The position numbers were made by a program, and so were the translations under genes. From assembly GCA_947457395.1 (NCBI GenBank), contig CANGVA010000002.1, positions 81,234-145,233 on the forward strand: a stretch of 64,000 bases of DNA. The letters are read 5' to 3'. Under the pieces are notes generated by a model. That model did not search any database and was not told the origin of the DNA. It saw only the letters and a list, made by a program, of their open reading frames with translations. Of the stretch, positions 50,311 to 60,469 are shown piece by piece; the stretch's first letter is position 1, and every line of letters begins with the position of its first letter. This stretch comes from Bacteroidota bacterium (lineage in GTDB: Bacteria > Bacteroidota > Bacteroidia > UKL13-3).

Positions 50311-51842
50311 TACGAAGCTAATTTAGCCAAAGCGTTTTGCAACCGCTTAGTTGTATTTTCTCTGCCAAATAAAGCAGCCATTTCAAAAACAGGTGGACCT
50401 GAACCAACACCGGAAAGCATTACCCTGAACAGCTGCAGAAAATCTTTATTGGCCACTTCGTTCTTTGCCAGCGCATCATTGTAAGCGGCTTCTATGGATG
50501 CTGCATCAAATGCAGGTAAACCTGCAAATGCATCCATCAGCTGTTGGGTAACCGGTGCCGACTTTTCATTCCATCTTTTTGCAACCACGACTTCATCATA
50601 GCTATCGGGTTCAATAAAAAAGTATTGACTGTATGTCCACAATTCACTTATAAATGTAATCTTTTCTTTAACCAGCCTGCAAACCGCCAGCACATATTCA
50701 TTACCTGCATCTATTGCTTTTTTTTGCAGGGTTTTGTTTAATGCGGATGCCAATAGCACCTCATCCGTTTTTCTGATGTATTGCTGATTAAACCACTTAG
50801 CCTTGTTCAGGTCGAACTTGGCTCCCGATTTGCTTACGCGATCTAGACCAAATGCGGCTATGAGTTCTGCCATACTAAACATTTCCTGCTGGGTTCCAGG
50901 ATTCCAGCCGAGAAAAGCAAGCAGGTTTACAACTGCATCAGGCAGGTAACCTGTTTCTCTGTAACCACTTGAAATTTCTCCGCTTGCAGGGTCTTTCCAC
51001 TCCAGAGGAAAAACAGGAAAGCCAAGGCGGTCACCATCGCGTTTACTTAATTTTCCATTACCTTCAGGCTTAAGCAATAATGGCAAATGAGCAAATTTTG
51101 GCATCACTTCTTCCCATCCCAGATAACGGTACAATAAAACATGTAAGGGTGCAGAGGGCAACCATTCTTCACCGCGTATGACATGCGAAATTTGCATCAG
51201 GTAATCATCTACTACGTTGGCCAAATGATAGGTAGGCATGCCATCACTTTTAAACAACACCTTATCATCCATCTGTGAAGTGTTAAAACTAACCCAGCCT
51301 CTTATTTCATCATGAAACTTAACTTCATCCTTGCGCGGAAGTTTAATGCGCACCACATATGGCTCACCGCTTTCCAGCCTGCGTTTTACTTCATCTTCCG
51401 GCAGGGTAAGTGAGTTTTTCATTGCGGCTCTTGTAATTGCATCATATTTGGCATCTACATTGGAGGCCTTCAAACGCTCGCGCATAGATTCCAACTCTTC
51501 TGCAGTATCAAAAGCATAATATGCATGTCCGCTTGAAATGAGTTGTTCTACATACTGCCTGTACATGGGCTTTCGCTCACTCTGGCGGTATGGTGCATAT
51601 TGGCCATCTCCAAAACCCACACCTTCGTTTGGTGTAATGCCCAGCCATTTTAATGCTTCTATGATATACTCTTCGGCACCGGGCACAAAACGTGTTTGAT
51701 CCGTATCTTCAATACGCAGAATAAAATCTCCACCATGCTTTTTTGCCAAGAGATAATTATACAATGCGGTTCTTACACCGCCAATATGCAGCGGCCCGGT
51801 TGGGCTGGGAGCAAAGCGAACACGAACTCTTCTGTCTTCCAT
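50310..51842 (-). CDS. gltX: Glutamate-tRNA ligase
   Basis: RFAPSPTG.LHIGG, LRIEDTD, KLSKR. Start moved to the ATG at 51842. Confidence 0.97.
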   Translation of the reverse strand: MEDRRVRVRFAPSPTGPLHIGGVRTALYNYLLAKKHGGDFILRIEDTDQTRFVPGAEEYIIEALKWLGITPNEGVGFGDGQYAPYRQSERKPMYRQYVEQLISSGHAYYAFDTAEELESMRERLKASNVDAKYDAITRAAMKNSLTLPEDEVKRRLESGEPYVVRIKLPRKDEVKFHDEIRGWVSFNTSQMDDKVLFKSDGMPTYHLANVVDDYLMQISHVIRGEEWLPSAPLHVLLYRYLGWEEVMPKFAHLPLLLKPEGNGKLSKRDGDRLGFPVFPLEWKDPASGEISSGYRETGYLPDAVVNLLAFLGWNPGTQQEMFSMAELIAAFGLDRVSKSGAKFDLNKAKWFNQQYIRKTDEVLLASALNKTLQKKAIDAGNEYVLAVCRLVKEKITFISELWTYSQYFFIEPDSYDEVVVAKRWNEKSAPVTQQLMDAFAGLPAFDAASIEAAYNDALAKNEVANKDFLQLFRVMLSGVGSGPPVFEMAALFGRENTTKRLQNALAKLAS

Positions 51843-51910
51843 ATGAGGCGGCAAAGATACGAATATAATGCAAAGTGCAGCGGCAAGAGCAAAGCGGCAG
51901 CCTGCAATTT

Positions 51911-52606
51911 TTAGCGCGAAACGGCCATTGAAAGCAGGCTTTCAAATAGCAGGCGACCATCGGTATTATATAAATCAGCATCAACCGCCCGTTCCGGATG
52001 TGGCATCATGCCAAATACGTTTCTTTTCTCATTACAAATACCTGCAATATTCTCTAATGAACCATTGGGGTTGGCCTCATCAGTTATATTGCCTTGCTCA
52101 TCACAATACCTGAACAATATCTGATCATTGGCTTTAAGTGATGCCAGCGTTGGATCATCACAATAATATTTACCCTCCCCATGGGCAATGGGTATCTTAA
52201 GCGCTGTGCCAGGTATAATAGTGGAGGTAATTGCGCTATTACTTGTTTGCGCGCTGATAAAAACATTTTTACAGTTAAACTTCTGATGTGCATTGTGCAG
52301 CAATGCTCCGGGCAACAAATGCGATTCGCACAAAATCTGAAAACCATTGCATACACCAAAAACGACCCCGCCTTTTGATGCAAATTCAATCACATGTTGC
52401 ATAATTGGCGAAAAACGCGCAATGGCACCGCTGCGCAGGTAATCTCCATAACTAAATCCGCCCGGAAGAAAAATTAAATCGCAGCCTTGCAAATCATTGT
52501 CCTTGTGCCAAAGTGTTAACGTTTCGCAACCAAATTGATTTTGAAAGGCATAAACTGCGTCCTGATCACAGTTAGAGCCCGGAAAAATAACTACACCAAC
52601 TTTCAT
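51911..52606 (-). CDS. purQ: Phosphoribosylformylglycinamidine synthase subunit PurQ
   Basis: FPGSNC, PGGFSYGDYLR, GVCNGFQ, MMPHPER. Confidence 0.97.
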   Translation of the reverse strand: MKVGVVIFPGSNCDQDAVYAFQNQFGCETLTLWHKDNDLQGCDLIFLPGGFSYGDYLRSGAIARFSPIMQHVIEFASKGGVVFGVCNGFQILCESHLLPGALLHNAHQKFNCKNVFISAQTSNSAITSTIIPGTALKIPIAHGEGKYYCDDPTLASLKANDQILFRYCDEQGNITDEANPNGSLENIAGICNEKRNVFGMMPHPERAVDADLYNTDGRLLFESLLSMAVSR

Positions 52607-52692
52607 AAAGCATGTAATAATATGAGGCGAAAGTAGTAATAAAAAGCAATAAGCTCATAGAAAAACAGAAAGTATTGCCTCTAATTAATGGA

Positions 52693-53322
52693 TTAGCTAA
52701 GTGTAAAAAATTCTTCCTTTTCGGTAGTATGGTTTCTAATAACTCCCGCGCTTACCAGATTAATGAGCATGCGTTGTGCACGCCACCTTGATATATTAAG
52801 GAGTTTACACAATTGCTTAAGTGTTATTTTATTGTTTTTATCCAAATAATGCAGCAACGACTGCTCGTGTTTGGTATAGGTTATCAGTGTGTTTTGCCCG
52901 GCCGATTGGCGTTTTAATACATCTACCACCACCTTGCTTGCTAAAAGTGATTGGTCTTTTACCCTGACATAAACCCACCAGCGGCCATCTTCTCCTTTTG
53001 CATAATAGGGTTTGTCTTTGCCGGCTGCAATTTTTGCCTCAATTACTGTTTTGTTACCCAACTCCCACTCCGTTAACTCGAGCTTTACTTCGGGTTTACA
53101 ATAGAAGGCTGAAGCTAGTTCCAGCATATACTTCTCGTCTTCGCTTTTTACCCCTGAAATGGTTTTATTATCATTTACGCCCACCAGCAACACGCCTCCC
53201 TTATGGTTGGCGAACGCAGCCATGGTTTTGGCAATTTTTGCGGCACTCGAGATGGTTTTTTTAAAATCGAGCGATTCGCTTTCGCCTTTGGCTATCAGTT
53301 GTAAAATGGGGTGCAGCGGCAT
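52693..53322 (-). CDS. AlbA_2 (Schlafen-like) domain protein with C-terminal winged HTH
   Basis: GESESLDFK, AFAN..GG.LLVGV.D, YVR, then a C-terminal HTH-like segment. Confidence 0.85.
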   Translation of the reverse strand: MPLHPILQLIAKGESESLDFKKTISSAAKIAKTMAAFANHKGGVLLVGVNDNKTISGVKSEDEKYMLELASAFYCKPEVKLELTEWELGNKTVIEAKIAAGKDKPYYAKGEDGRWWVYVRVKDQSLLASKVVVDVLKRQSAGQNTLITYTKHEQSLLHYLDKNNKITLKQLCKLLNISRWRAQRMLINLVSAGVIRNHTTEKEEFFTLS

Positions 53323-53426
53323 CTTTGGTGAATAATTATTAAACTATTCAATTTTTCATTTTGAGGCAAGATATGTCGGAATTACATTTGCGACAATTTT
53401 AAAAACAGTAAACAATTAAAAACTAT

Positions 53427-54872
53427 ATGAAAATAGCAGTTGCAAAGGGTGATGGCATAGGCCCGGAAATCATGGATGCGGTGTTACGCATATTTCATGC
53501 TGCAGGCGTTCCGCTTGAATATGAATTTATTGAAATGGGCAAAACTTATTTTGAGCAGGGCAATAATACCGGCATGACCCCAAAGGCAAAAGAAATTGTA
53601 GAATCGCTAGGTGTTTTGTTTAAAGGCCCTATGGAAACCCCTAAGGGTAAAGGCATGAAGAGCATTAATGTAACTGCACGCAAAACCTGGAGCACTTATG
53701 CCAACCGCAGACATTTTCAATCATTGCCGGGCGTAGATACCGTTTTTAGTAAGGCCGGTATTCCGATAGATATAACAATTGTGCGAGAAAATATTGAGGG
53801 TACTTATGGTGGCATTGAGCATTTAAACACCAATGATGTGGCCATTTGTCGCAGAATAATTTCAAGGCCCGGCTCTGAGCAGGTTGTTCGTTTTGCGTTT
53901 GAAATGGCCCGCAAAGAGGGGTTTACCAAGGTAACCTGTGCGCATAAAGCCAATATTATGAAGCTAACCGATGGGTTGTTTCTGGAAACTTTTCAGGAGG
54001 TAGCAAAAGAGTACCCTGAAATAAATAGCAATGATATTATTGTAGACGACCTTGCTATGAAACTGGTGGCACGCCCACATGAGTTTCAGGTGGTGGTGCT
54101 AACCAACCTGCAAGGAGACATTATGAGTGATTTGTGTGCCGGATTGGTTGGAGGCTTAGGTTTTGCGCCCTCTGCAAACATAGGTGATAACATCTCCATA
54201 TTTGAGGCTGTACATGGAACCGCACCCGATATCGCAGGTAAGTTACTGGCCAACCCAACATCTTTATTGCTTAGTGGTTTAATGATGCTGCGTCACCTGG
54301 GTTATGTAAAACATGGAGCCGAAATTGAGAACGCTTTGCGCTATACCCTAGAACAAGGAACCCACACGGCAGATTTCGGAGATCGCACCATTGCTCCATC
54401 CAATACCAACGAGTTTGCTGATGCAATTATCAAAAATCTTGGTCAAAGGCCTCAGTTCTCCAAGCCAAGAGAAGCGAAAGACGATGTTAAATTATTTGTG
54501 AAGCCCGCTAAGCCTGCAAAGCAAAAAATGATGGAAACTACCAAGGATGCTGAAGCTAGAAAAATTGCCGGTGTTGATTTCTTTATAGAATCAGCCTTGC
54601 TTGGACCTGAAATTGCAGATAAACTGAAACTGCATTTAGGTACCAATCAAGAATTAACCATGATTTCAAATCGTGGAACAATGGTTTGGCCCACAGGATC
54701 CATTTTTACTGAGTGTGTAAACCACTATAGGGTGCGTGTAGAAGGGGAAATGAGCCAACATGAAATTTATTCTTTGTTATCTTCTGTTAGCAAAGATTTT
54801 TACATCCCTTCTCATGAGGTGCTCAGGGTTTATGGTGAGAAAAAAGGATACTCCCTTGCACAGGGTCAGTAA
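53427..54872 (+). CDS. icd: Isocitrate dehydrogenase, long form with C-terminal extension
   Basis: GDGIGPEI, RENIEG.Y, NLQGDI.SD, FEAVHGTAPDIAG, C-terminal MISNRG...YSLAQGQ. TACATTTG promoter element at 53383-53390. Confidence 0.92.
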   Translation: MKIAVAKGDGIGPEIMDAVLRIFHAAGVPLEYEFIEMGKTYFEQGNNTGMTPKAKEIVESLGVLFKGPMETPKGKGMKSINVTARKTWSTYANRRHFQSLPGVDTVFSKAGIPIDITIVRENIEGTYGGIEHLNTNDVAICRRIISRPGSEQVVRFAFEMARKEGFTKVTCAHKANIMKLTDGLFLETFQEVAKEYPEINSNDIIVDDLAMKLVARPHEFQVVVLTNLQGDIMSDLCAGLVGGLGFAPSANIGDNISIFEAVHGTAPDIAGKLLANPTSLLLSGLMMLRHLGYVKHGAEIENALRYTLEQGTHTADFGDRTIAPSNTNEFADAIIKNLGQRPQFSKPREAKDDVKLFVKPAKPAKQKMMETTKDAEARKIAGVDFFIESALLGPEIADKLKLHLGTNQELTMISNRGTMVWPTGSIFTECVNHYRVRVEGEMSQHEIYSLLSSVSKDFYIPSHEVLRVYGEKKGYSLAQGQ

Positions 54873-54935
54873 TGGCCACTTGTTATTAACAGATTTTTTT
54901 ATGAAACCATTTTTACCTACTTTGGTTAATAAGTT

Positions 54936-55388
54936 ATGTGGTTAAATATTCTTATTGTATTTGCTACCTTTTGGTTCATGGAATTCATGGCCTGGTTCAC
55001 ACATAAGTTTGTTATGCATGGCCTGCTATGGTATTTGCATAAAGACCACCATCAGGTAGAACCGGGCTTCTTTGAGAAGAACGATAGTTTCTTCCTCATA
55101 TTTGCAGTACCAAGCGCTTACTGTTATATCACAGGATTGATGCATCATGATTTTCGCCTGTATATTGGCATTGGCATCTCCTTATATGGAATTGCCTATT
55201 TTTTGGTGCATGATATCATTATACACCAACGCTTTAAAATTTGGACCCACTGGAACAACCGTTATGTGCGTGCTATCAGAAGGGCGCATAAACTGCACCA
55301 CAAACACCTTGGAAAAGAGCAAGGCGAAAATTTTGGCATGCTTGTGGTGCCTCTCAAATACTGGAAAGATCCTAACTCCACCAAATAG
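54936..55388 (+). CDS. crtZ: Beta-carotene hydroxylase
   Basis: HKFVMHG.LW.LHKDHH, FE.ND, VHD..IHQR, H..HH, FG. Confidence 0.92.
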   Translation: MWLNILIVFATFWFMEFMAWFTHKFVMHGLLWYLHKDHHQVEPGFFEKNDSFFLIFAVPSAYCYITGLMHHDFRLYIGIGISLYGIAYFLVHDIIIHQRFKIWTHWNNRYVRAIRRAHKLHHKHLGKEQGENFGMLVVPLKYWKDPNSTK

Positions 55389-55391
55389 CCT

Positions 55392-56081
55392 ATGTCGCTT
55401 TACGCTTGGTTAATGCTGGCTTCCTTTGTTTTTCCTTTTTTGTTAAGTTTTGACAAAAAAGTTGCTTTTTACAAAAGCTGGGGCCCTTTGTTTGCCGGCA
55501 TAGCACTGAATGGTACGTTGTTTATTTTATGGGATGGTTGGTTTGCGCGGACCGGGGTATGGGGCTTTAATCCTGAGTATGTGTGGCACATACGTTTAAA
55601 TAGTTTACCGCTGGAAGAATGGAGTTTTTTTGTAGTTGTGCCTTATGCTTCTGTTTTTATTTATGCTTGCACAAAAGCTTACATTAAGACTGAGCCTTTT
55701 AAAAACAACAAACACCATATCACTTTATTTTTTCTGGTATTAACATTTGTTGTAGCCCTATTCAGCACGCAAAAAACCTATACTTTTTACAATGCCCTTA
55801 TTGCATCTGTATTGTTGCTCATACATTACCTGTTTCTTAAAACTCCTTGGATGGGCTACTTCTGGCTTGCATACTTATTACACCTAGTGCCTTTTTGCAT
55901 TGTCAATGGTATCCTTACAGGAGCTGTTACGCCACAACCGGTTGTTTGGTATAATCAGGAGGAAATACTTGGCTTGCGCCTCTACACCATTCCTGTTGAA
56001 GATACAGTTTATGCATTAACCTGCTTATTACTTCCTATTACAGTAATGGAAGCATTGATAAGCAGAAAAAGTAAGGCATAA
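55392..56081 (+). CDS. Lycopene cyclase, fused CrtYc/Yd membrane type
   Basis: Two repeats, each ending in P(L/V)E(E/D). WD....GVWGF motif. Next to crtZ. Confidence 0.85.
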   Translation: MSLYAWLMLASFVFPFLLSFDKKVAFYKSWGPLFAGIALNGTLFILWDGWFARTGVWGFNPEYVWHIRLNSLPLEEWSFFVVVPYASVFIYACTKAYIKTEPFKNNKHHITLFFLVLTFVVALFSTQKTYTFYNALIASVLLLIHYLFLKTPWMGYFWLAYLLHLVPFCIVNGILTGAVTPQPVVWYNQEEILGLRLYTIPVEDTVYALTCLLLPITVMEALISRKSKA

Positions 56082-56082
56082 A

Positions 56083-56111
56083 AAAACTCCGGCACCATAC
56101 ACCGGAGTTTA
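56083..56111. terminator. Bidirectional intrinsic terminator
   Basis: AAAACTCCGG-loop-CCGGAGTTTT between convergent genes. Confidence 0.8.
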
Positions 56112-56131
56112 TTATTCATTTATTACCATTA

Positions 56132-58393
56132 TTAGTTTTCCTTACTCTGCGCATCTACAACTGCAATAATTACCATGTTTACAATTTCTCTGATGCTGCT
56201 GCCCAGCTGAAGGATATGCGCTGATTTTTTGAGCCCAAGCAGAACCGGACCAATTGCCTCTGCTGCGCCCAGCTCCTGAAGCATTTTGTAAGAAATATTG
56301 CCTGCAGAAAGTTTTGGAAAAATAAAGGTATTAACAGGCTCACCGCACAACTCGCTAAAAGGAAAATTTTCCTGAAGTAACTTCTGATTTAATGCAATAT
56401 TAGCCTGCAAATCACCATCAACAACCATGTACGGATATTTATCTTTTAATATCCTGCGTGCCTCTGCCATTGTAGTTGGTGTTTCTCCTTCTGCTGAACC
56501 AAAGTTGGAATATGAAAGCAAGGCAATGCGCGGGTTGATATTGAATTTTTTTACTGCATCATAGGTGAGCTTAGTTATGTCTACAATTTCATCAACATGC
56601 GGATTAATATTTACTGTAGCATCTGAAAAAAACAGGGTGCCCTTTTGTGTGAGCATGATATACATACCTGCAACTTTTTTTGTTCCTTCTTCTTTACCCA
56701 GAATTTGCAATGCCGGTTTAATTGTGCTTGGATAATTTTTTGTTAACCCCGAAATCATAGCATCTGCTTCGCCTAACTCTACCATCATTGGTGCAAAATG
56801 ATTACGGTCGCGCATAAGCTTTTTAGCCTCATGCAAAGTAATACCCTTGCGCTGCCTGCGTTTATAAAAAACCTCGGCAAATGTGTTTCTTTTATCTTCT
56901 TCCTCCAGCGGATTAATGATAGGAACACCGGAAAGATTGATATTATTTTCTTGTATGATTTGTTCTATTTTAACTTTATCGCCTAACAAAATTGGATGGG
57001 CAATGCCTTCGTCTTTTACAATTTGTGCGGCTCTTAATATTTTATAATTATCGGCTTCGGCAAATACCACGCGTTTGGGGTTCTTGCGCGCCTTGCTTCC
57101 AATTACACGAATAAAATTACTTTCCTTGCCCAAACGTGTAAGTAATTCTGATTTATATGCCTCCCAATCGGTAATTTGTTTTTTGGCCACATCGGATTCC
57201 ATAGCTGCTTTTGCCACTGCGGGCGAAACAGTAGTAATTAAACGTGGGTCGAGTGGTTTTGGAATAATATAATTTCTGCCAAACTGAATACTCTTTTCGT
57301 TATAGGCCATATTTACTATTTCCGGAACAGGCTCTTTGGCCAATTGAGCCAGCGCATGCACCGCAGCCAGCTTCATTTCTTCATTTATTTTGGTGGCTCG
57401 TACATCCAATGCTCCGCGGAAAATGAAAGGAAATCCAAGAACATTGTTCACTTGATTGGGGAAATCACTACGACCTGTGGCTAAAATAATATCAGGGCGT
57501 GATGCGATAGCATCAGCATAAGAAATTTCCGGATCCGGATTAGCCAACGCAAAAACCACGCAATCTTTAGCCATGCTGCGCACCATGTCTTGGCTCACTA
57601 CATTTCCTTTAGATAAACCAACAAAGACATCTGCGCCTTTCATTGCATCTGTTAGTGTATCTATTTTTCTATCCGTAGCGAAAAACTGTTTGGTTTCATC
57701 CAGATTGGGGCTGTCCTTTCTAATAACCCCTTTACTATCGCACATGATTAGGTTTTCTTTCTTTACGCCCAGACTTAGAAACACTTTTGCGCAGGAAACA
57801 GCAGAGGCGCCTGCCCCGTTAAACACTACCTGAACACGATCTATTTTCTTCTTTACCAACTCCAATGAATTGAGGAGGGCTGCGCCTGTTATTATAGCGG
57901 TGCCATGCTGGTCATCGTGCATGATGGGTATGTCGAGTTCTTCTTTAAGCCTTCTTTCAATTTCAAAACACTCTGGTGCTTTGATATCCTCCAGGTTAAT
58001 GCCGCCAAATGTGGGGCTAATGGCCTTAACGGTTTTTATAAACTCCTCTGTGTCTTTGGTGTTTATTTCAATATCAAATACATCTATATCGGCAAATATT
58101 TTAAACAGCACCCCTTTGCCTTCCATAACAGGCTTTGATGCTTCGGCACCAATATCACCAAGCCCAAGCACTGCTGTGCCGTTGGAAATAACCGCTACTA
58201 GATTGCCTTTAGATGTATATTTGTATACATCTTCGGGGTTTTCGGCAATTGCAAGGCATGGCTCTGCAACTCCAGGAGAATAGGCCAAACTTAAATCGCG
58301 TTTGGTATTGGTAGGCTTTGTAGGTATAACAGCTATTTTGCCGGGGCGGCCCTTGCTGTGGTATTTTAATGCGTCTTCTTTCAGTGTTGACAT
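56132..58393 (-). CDS. maeB: NADP-dependent malic enzyme with phosphotransacetylase-like domain
   Basis: [30 protein letters not shown]-terminal PTA-like domain. Confidence 0.96.
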   Translation of the reverse strand: MSTLKEDALKYHSKGRPGKIAVIPTKPTNTKRDLSLAYSPGVAEPCLAIAENPEDVYKYTSKGNLVAVISNGTAVLGLGDIGAEASKPVMEGKGVLFKIFADIDVFDIEINTKDTEEFIKTVKAISPTFGGINLEDIKAPECFEIERRLKEELDIPIMHDDQHGTAIITGAALLNSLELVKKKIDRVQVVFNGAGASAVSCAKVFLSLGVKKENLIMCDSKGVIRKDSPNLDETKQFFATDRKIDTLTDAMKGADVFVGLSKGNVVSQDMVRSMAKDCVVFALANPDPEISYADAIASRPDIILATGRSDFPNQVNNVLGFPFIFRGALDVRATKINEEMKLAAVHALAQLAKEPVPEIVNMAYNEKSIQFGRNYIIPKPLDPRLITTVSPAVAKAAMESDVAKKQITDWEAYKSELLTRLGKESNFIRVIGSKARKNPKRVVFAEADNYKILRAAQIVKDEGIAHPILLGDKVKIEQIIQENNINLSGVPIINPLEEEDKRNTFAEVFYKRRQRKGITLHEAKKLMRDRNHFAPMMVELGEADAMISGLTKNYPSTIKPALQILGKEEGTKKVAGMYIMLTQKGTLFFSDATVNINPHVDEIVDITKLTYDAVKKFNINPRIALLSYSNFGSAEGETPTTMAEARRILKDKYPYMVVDGDLQANIALNQKLLQENFPFSELCGEPVNTFIFPKLSAGNISYKMLQELGAAEAIGPVLLGLKKSAHILQLGSSIREIVNMVIIAVVDAQSKEN

Positions 58394-58405
58394 AACAGAT
58401 AAATA

Positions 58406-59113
58406 TTAAAAATTGGGTGAAATGGCCATGTCGGCATAATAATCCAAAATATAATTTACGGCATCATCTGCGGTATCTACCAGATTAAATAAAAACAAGT
58501 CATCGGGGTTAATATTCCTTTCTTTCTCCAGCATCACAGCCTTAATCCAGTCTATTAATCCGCTCCAAAATTCAGTACCTACCAGCACCACCGGAAAACG
58601 GGCAACTTTGTGTGTTTGTATCAGGGTTAGTGCTTCAAACAACTCATCTAGGGTTCCAAAACCACCCGGCATGGCAATAAACCCTTGAGCGTATTTCATG
58701 AACATCACTTTGCGCACAAAGAAATAATCAAAATTAATCATCTTATCCCGATCAACATATTTATTTACAAATTGCTCAAAGGGTAACTCAATGCCCAGCC
58801 CTACAGATTTTCCGTTTGCTTCAAAAGCGCCTTTATTACCAGCCTCCATAATACCCGGCCCTCCACCGGTAATAACGCCAAATCCTGCTTTTACTAACTT
58901 ACAGGCTATTTCCTCAGCAAGTTTATAATAAGCATTATCTGCCTTGGTTCTAGCCGAACCAAATATGGAAACACAGGGACCAATGCGGCTCATCTTCTCA
59001 AAACCTTCAACAAACTCAGCCATTATTTTAAATGTGGCCCAGCTATCGGTTACTTTAATTTCGGGCCAGTTTTTTTTCTCAAACGCCTTCTTAATTCTCT
59101 CTTCATCTGTCAT
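58406..59113 (-). CDS. LOG family Rossmann-fold protein
   Basis: SIFGSAR, TGGGPGIM, PGGFGTLDE. Confidence 0.92.
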   Translation of the reverse strand: MTDEERIKKAFEKKNWPEIKVTDSWATFKIMAEFVEGFEKMSRIGPCVSIFGSARTKADNAYYKLAEEIACKLVKAGFGVITGGGPGIMEAGNKGAFEANGKSVGLGIELPFEQFVNKYVDRDKMINFDYFFVRKVMFMKYAQGFIAMPGGFGTLDELFEALTLIQTHKVARFPVVLVGTEFWSGLIDWIKAVMLEKERNINPDDLFLFNLVDTADDAVNYILDYYADMAISPNF

Positions 59114-59180
59114 ACGTATTCTTCATTAACATACATAAGGGGCTCAAGATAGCGCCCCATTTTGCAAAAATATATTTTAT

Positions 59181-59633
59181 TTACCCGATTAGCTGTTTTA
59201 ACAAAGTAGATATTACCTTACCATCTGCTTTGCCTGCCAGCGCCTTCATGGCCGCGGGCATTACCTTGCCAAAATCAGCAGCAGAGTTGGCACCTGTTTC
59301 AGTAATAATCTGTTTAAGCACAGTAGTTATCTCCGCTTCGCTCATTTGTTTGGGCAGGTATTTTTCTATTACATCCAGCTCCTCTTTTTCCTTTGCGGCA
59401 AGTTCTGCTCTTTCATTTTGTAAATAAATATCTATGCTTTCTTTGCGCTGCTTAGCCAGCTTTTGAAAAATTTTTACCGCCTGCTCATCCGAAACCTTAT
59501 CACCTGATGCTCCCTCGGCAGTTGCTGCCAGCAATAGCGCTGATTTAAGAGCACGGAGCGCACGTAAAGATGCTTCATCCTTTGCTTTCATCGCTGTAAT
59601 AATATCTGCATTGATTTTTTCTTGTAGTGTCAT
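59181..59633 (-). CDS. GatB/YqeY domain protein
   Basis: AMKAKD...LR, KQRKES, YLP.Q, G.ADGK. Start moved to the ATG at 59633. Confidence 0.92.
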   Translation of the reverse strand: MTLQEKINADIITAMKAKDEASLRALRALKSALLLAATAEGASGDKVSDEQAVKIFQKLAKQRKESIDIYLQNERAELAAKEKEELDVIEKYLPKQMSEAEITTVLKQIITETGANSAADFGKVMPAAMKALAGKADGKVISTLLKQLIG

Positions 59634-59674
59634 TTTAGTTGTATTATTATCTGTTATCGTTATGCGCTCGATAG

Positions 59675-60466
59675 TCATCGTTTTTTTGGCACATACTTGG
59701 CTCCCTTATTCAGGAAGAAGGTAAAGGTATCGCTTCTTAATCCCAGCCTGAGGGTTTCCAGCGGGATAACTTCATTTGGTGCAATATTTCCTAGGTTAAC
59801 ATTGGTGCCCACCAATTTTATGAAATACGTTTGTTGTGCTTTTTGCGGGGCTTCCCATATAATTTTTTCTTGCGGTATTTTGGTTAAAATTTCCTGCACC
59901 AATCCTTCTCTTACCTCACCGCTGCTGCGGTAAACGCCTACATTTCCTGCTTCTCGGGCTTCTGCAATCACCTTCCATGCACCGGCTTTAAGTTCGCTTT
60001 TCATAAGCTCAATCCACTGATAAGGCGGTATAATCTTTTCTACATCCTTACTTCCCACCTCACTCAGAACCGTAACGTGCTTGCTGAGTTTGTTGATATA
60101 TTCTAACTTCACTTCATGTGGCATTTCAATAGAACCATCCGATACTTCAGCGTGTTCAAGCCCAAATTTTTCCAACATTTTCAAATAATCATCAAACTGG
60201 TTTCGAACAATAAATGCTTCAAACAGGGTTCCACCAAAATATACTTTAACGTTTGCCTGCTTATACAATTTTATTTTCTGTTCCAGATTTTGGGTAACAT
60301 ATGCCGTACCAAAACCCAGTTTCACGATATCAACAGAATCTCCGCAAACCGATAAGAAATTTTCTATTTCATGGAGGCCCAGGCCTTTATCCATTACCAT
60401 AGTAATTCCGCTTTCCCGCGGCTTGGTAAATCTTTCGGGAATTTGCTTTAGTTTAAAGTTTTTCAT
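59675..60466 (-). CDS. comA: Phosphosulfolactate synthase-like protein
   Basis: KPR..G.TMV.DKG, VKLGFGT, GGTLFE, SEVGSK, IWEAP, LRLGLR.DT. Confidence 0.9.
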   Translation of the reverse strand: MKNFKLKQIPERFTKPRESGITMVMDKGLGLHEIENFLSVCGDSVDIVKLGFGTAYVTQNLEQKIKLYKQANVKVYFGGTLFEAFIVRNQFDDYLKMLEKFGLEHAEVSDGSIEMPHEVKLEYINKLSKHVTVLSEVGSKDVEKIIPPYQWIELMKSELKAGAWKVIAEAREAGNVGVYRSSGEVREGLVQEILTKIPQEKIIWEAPQKAQQTYFIKLVGTNVNLGNIAPNEVIPLETLRLGLRSDTFTFFLNKGAKYVPKKR

Positions 60467-60469
60467 GTG

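Noticed and set aside
52693..53322. AlbA_2/Schlafen-like gene as an anti-phage system
   Set aside because: It is a short AlbA_2-HTH protein among housekeeping genes with no partner or island context.
59675..60466. comA as evidence of coenzyme M biosynthesis
   Set aside because: No other com genes are nearby, and stand-alone ComA homologues are widespread.
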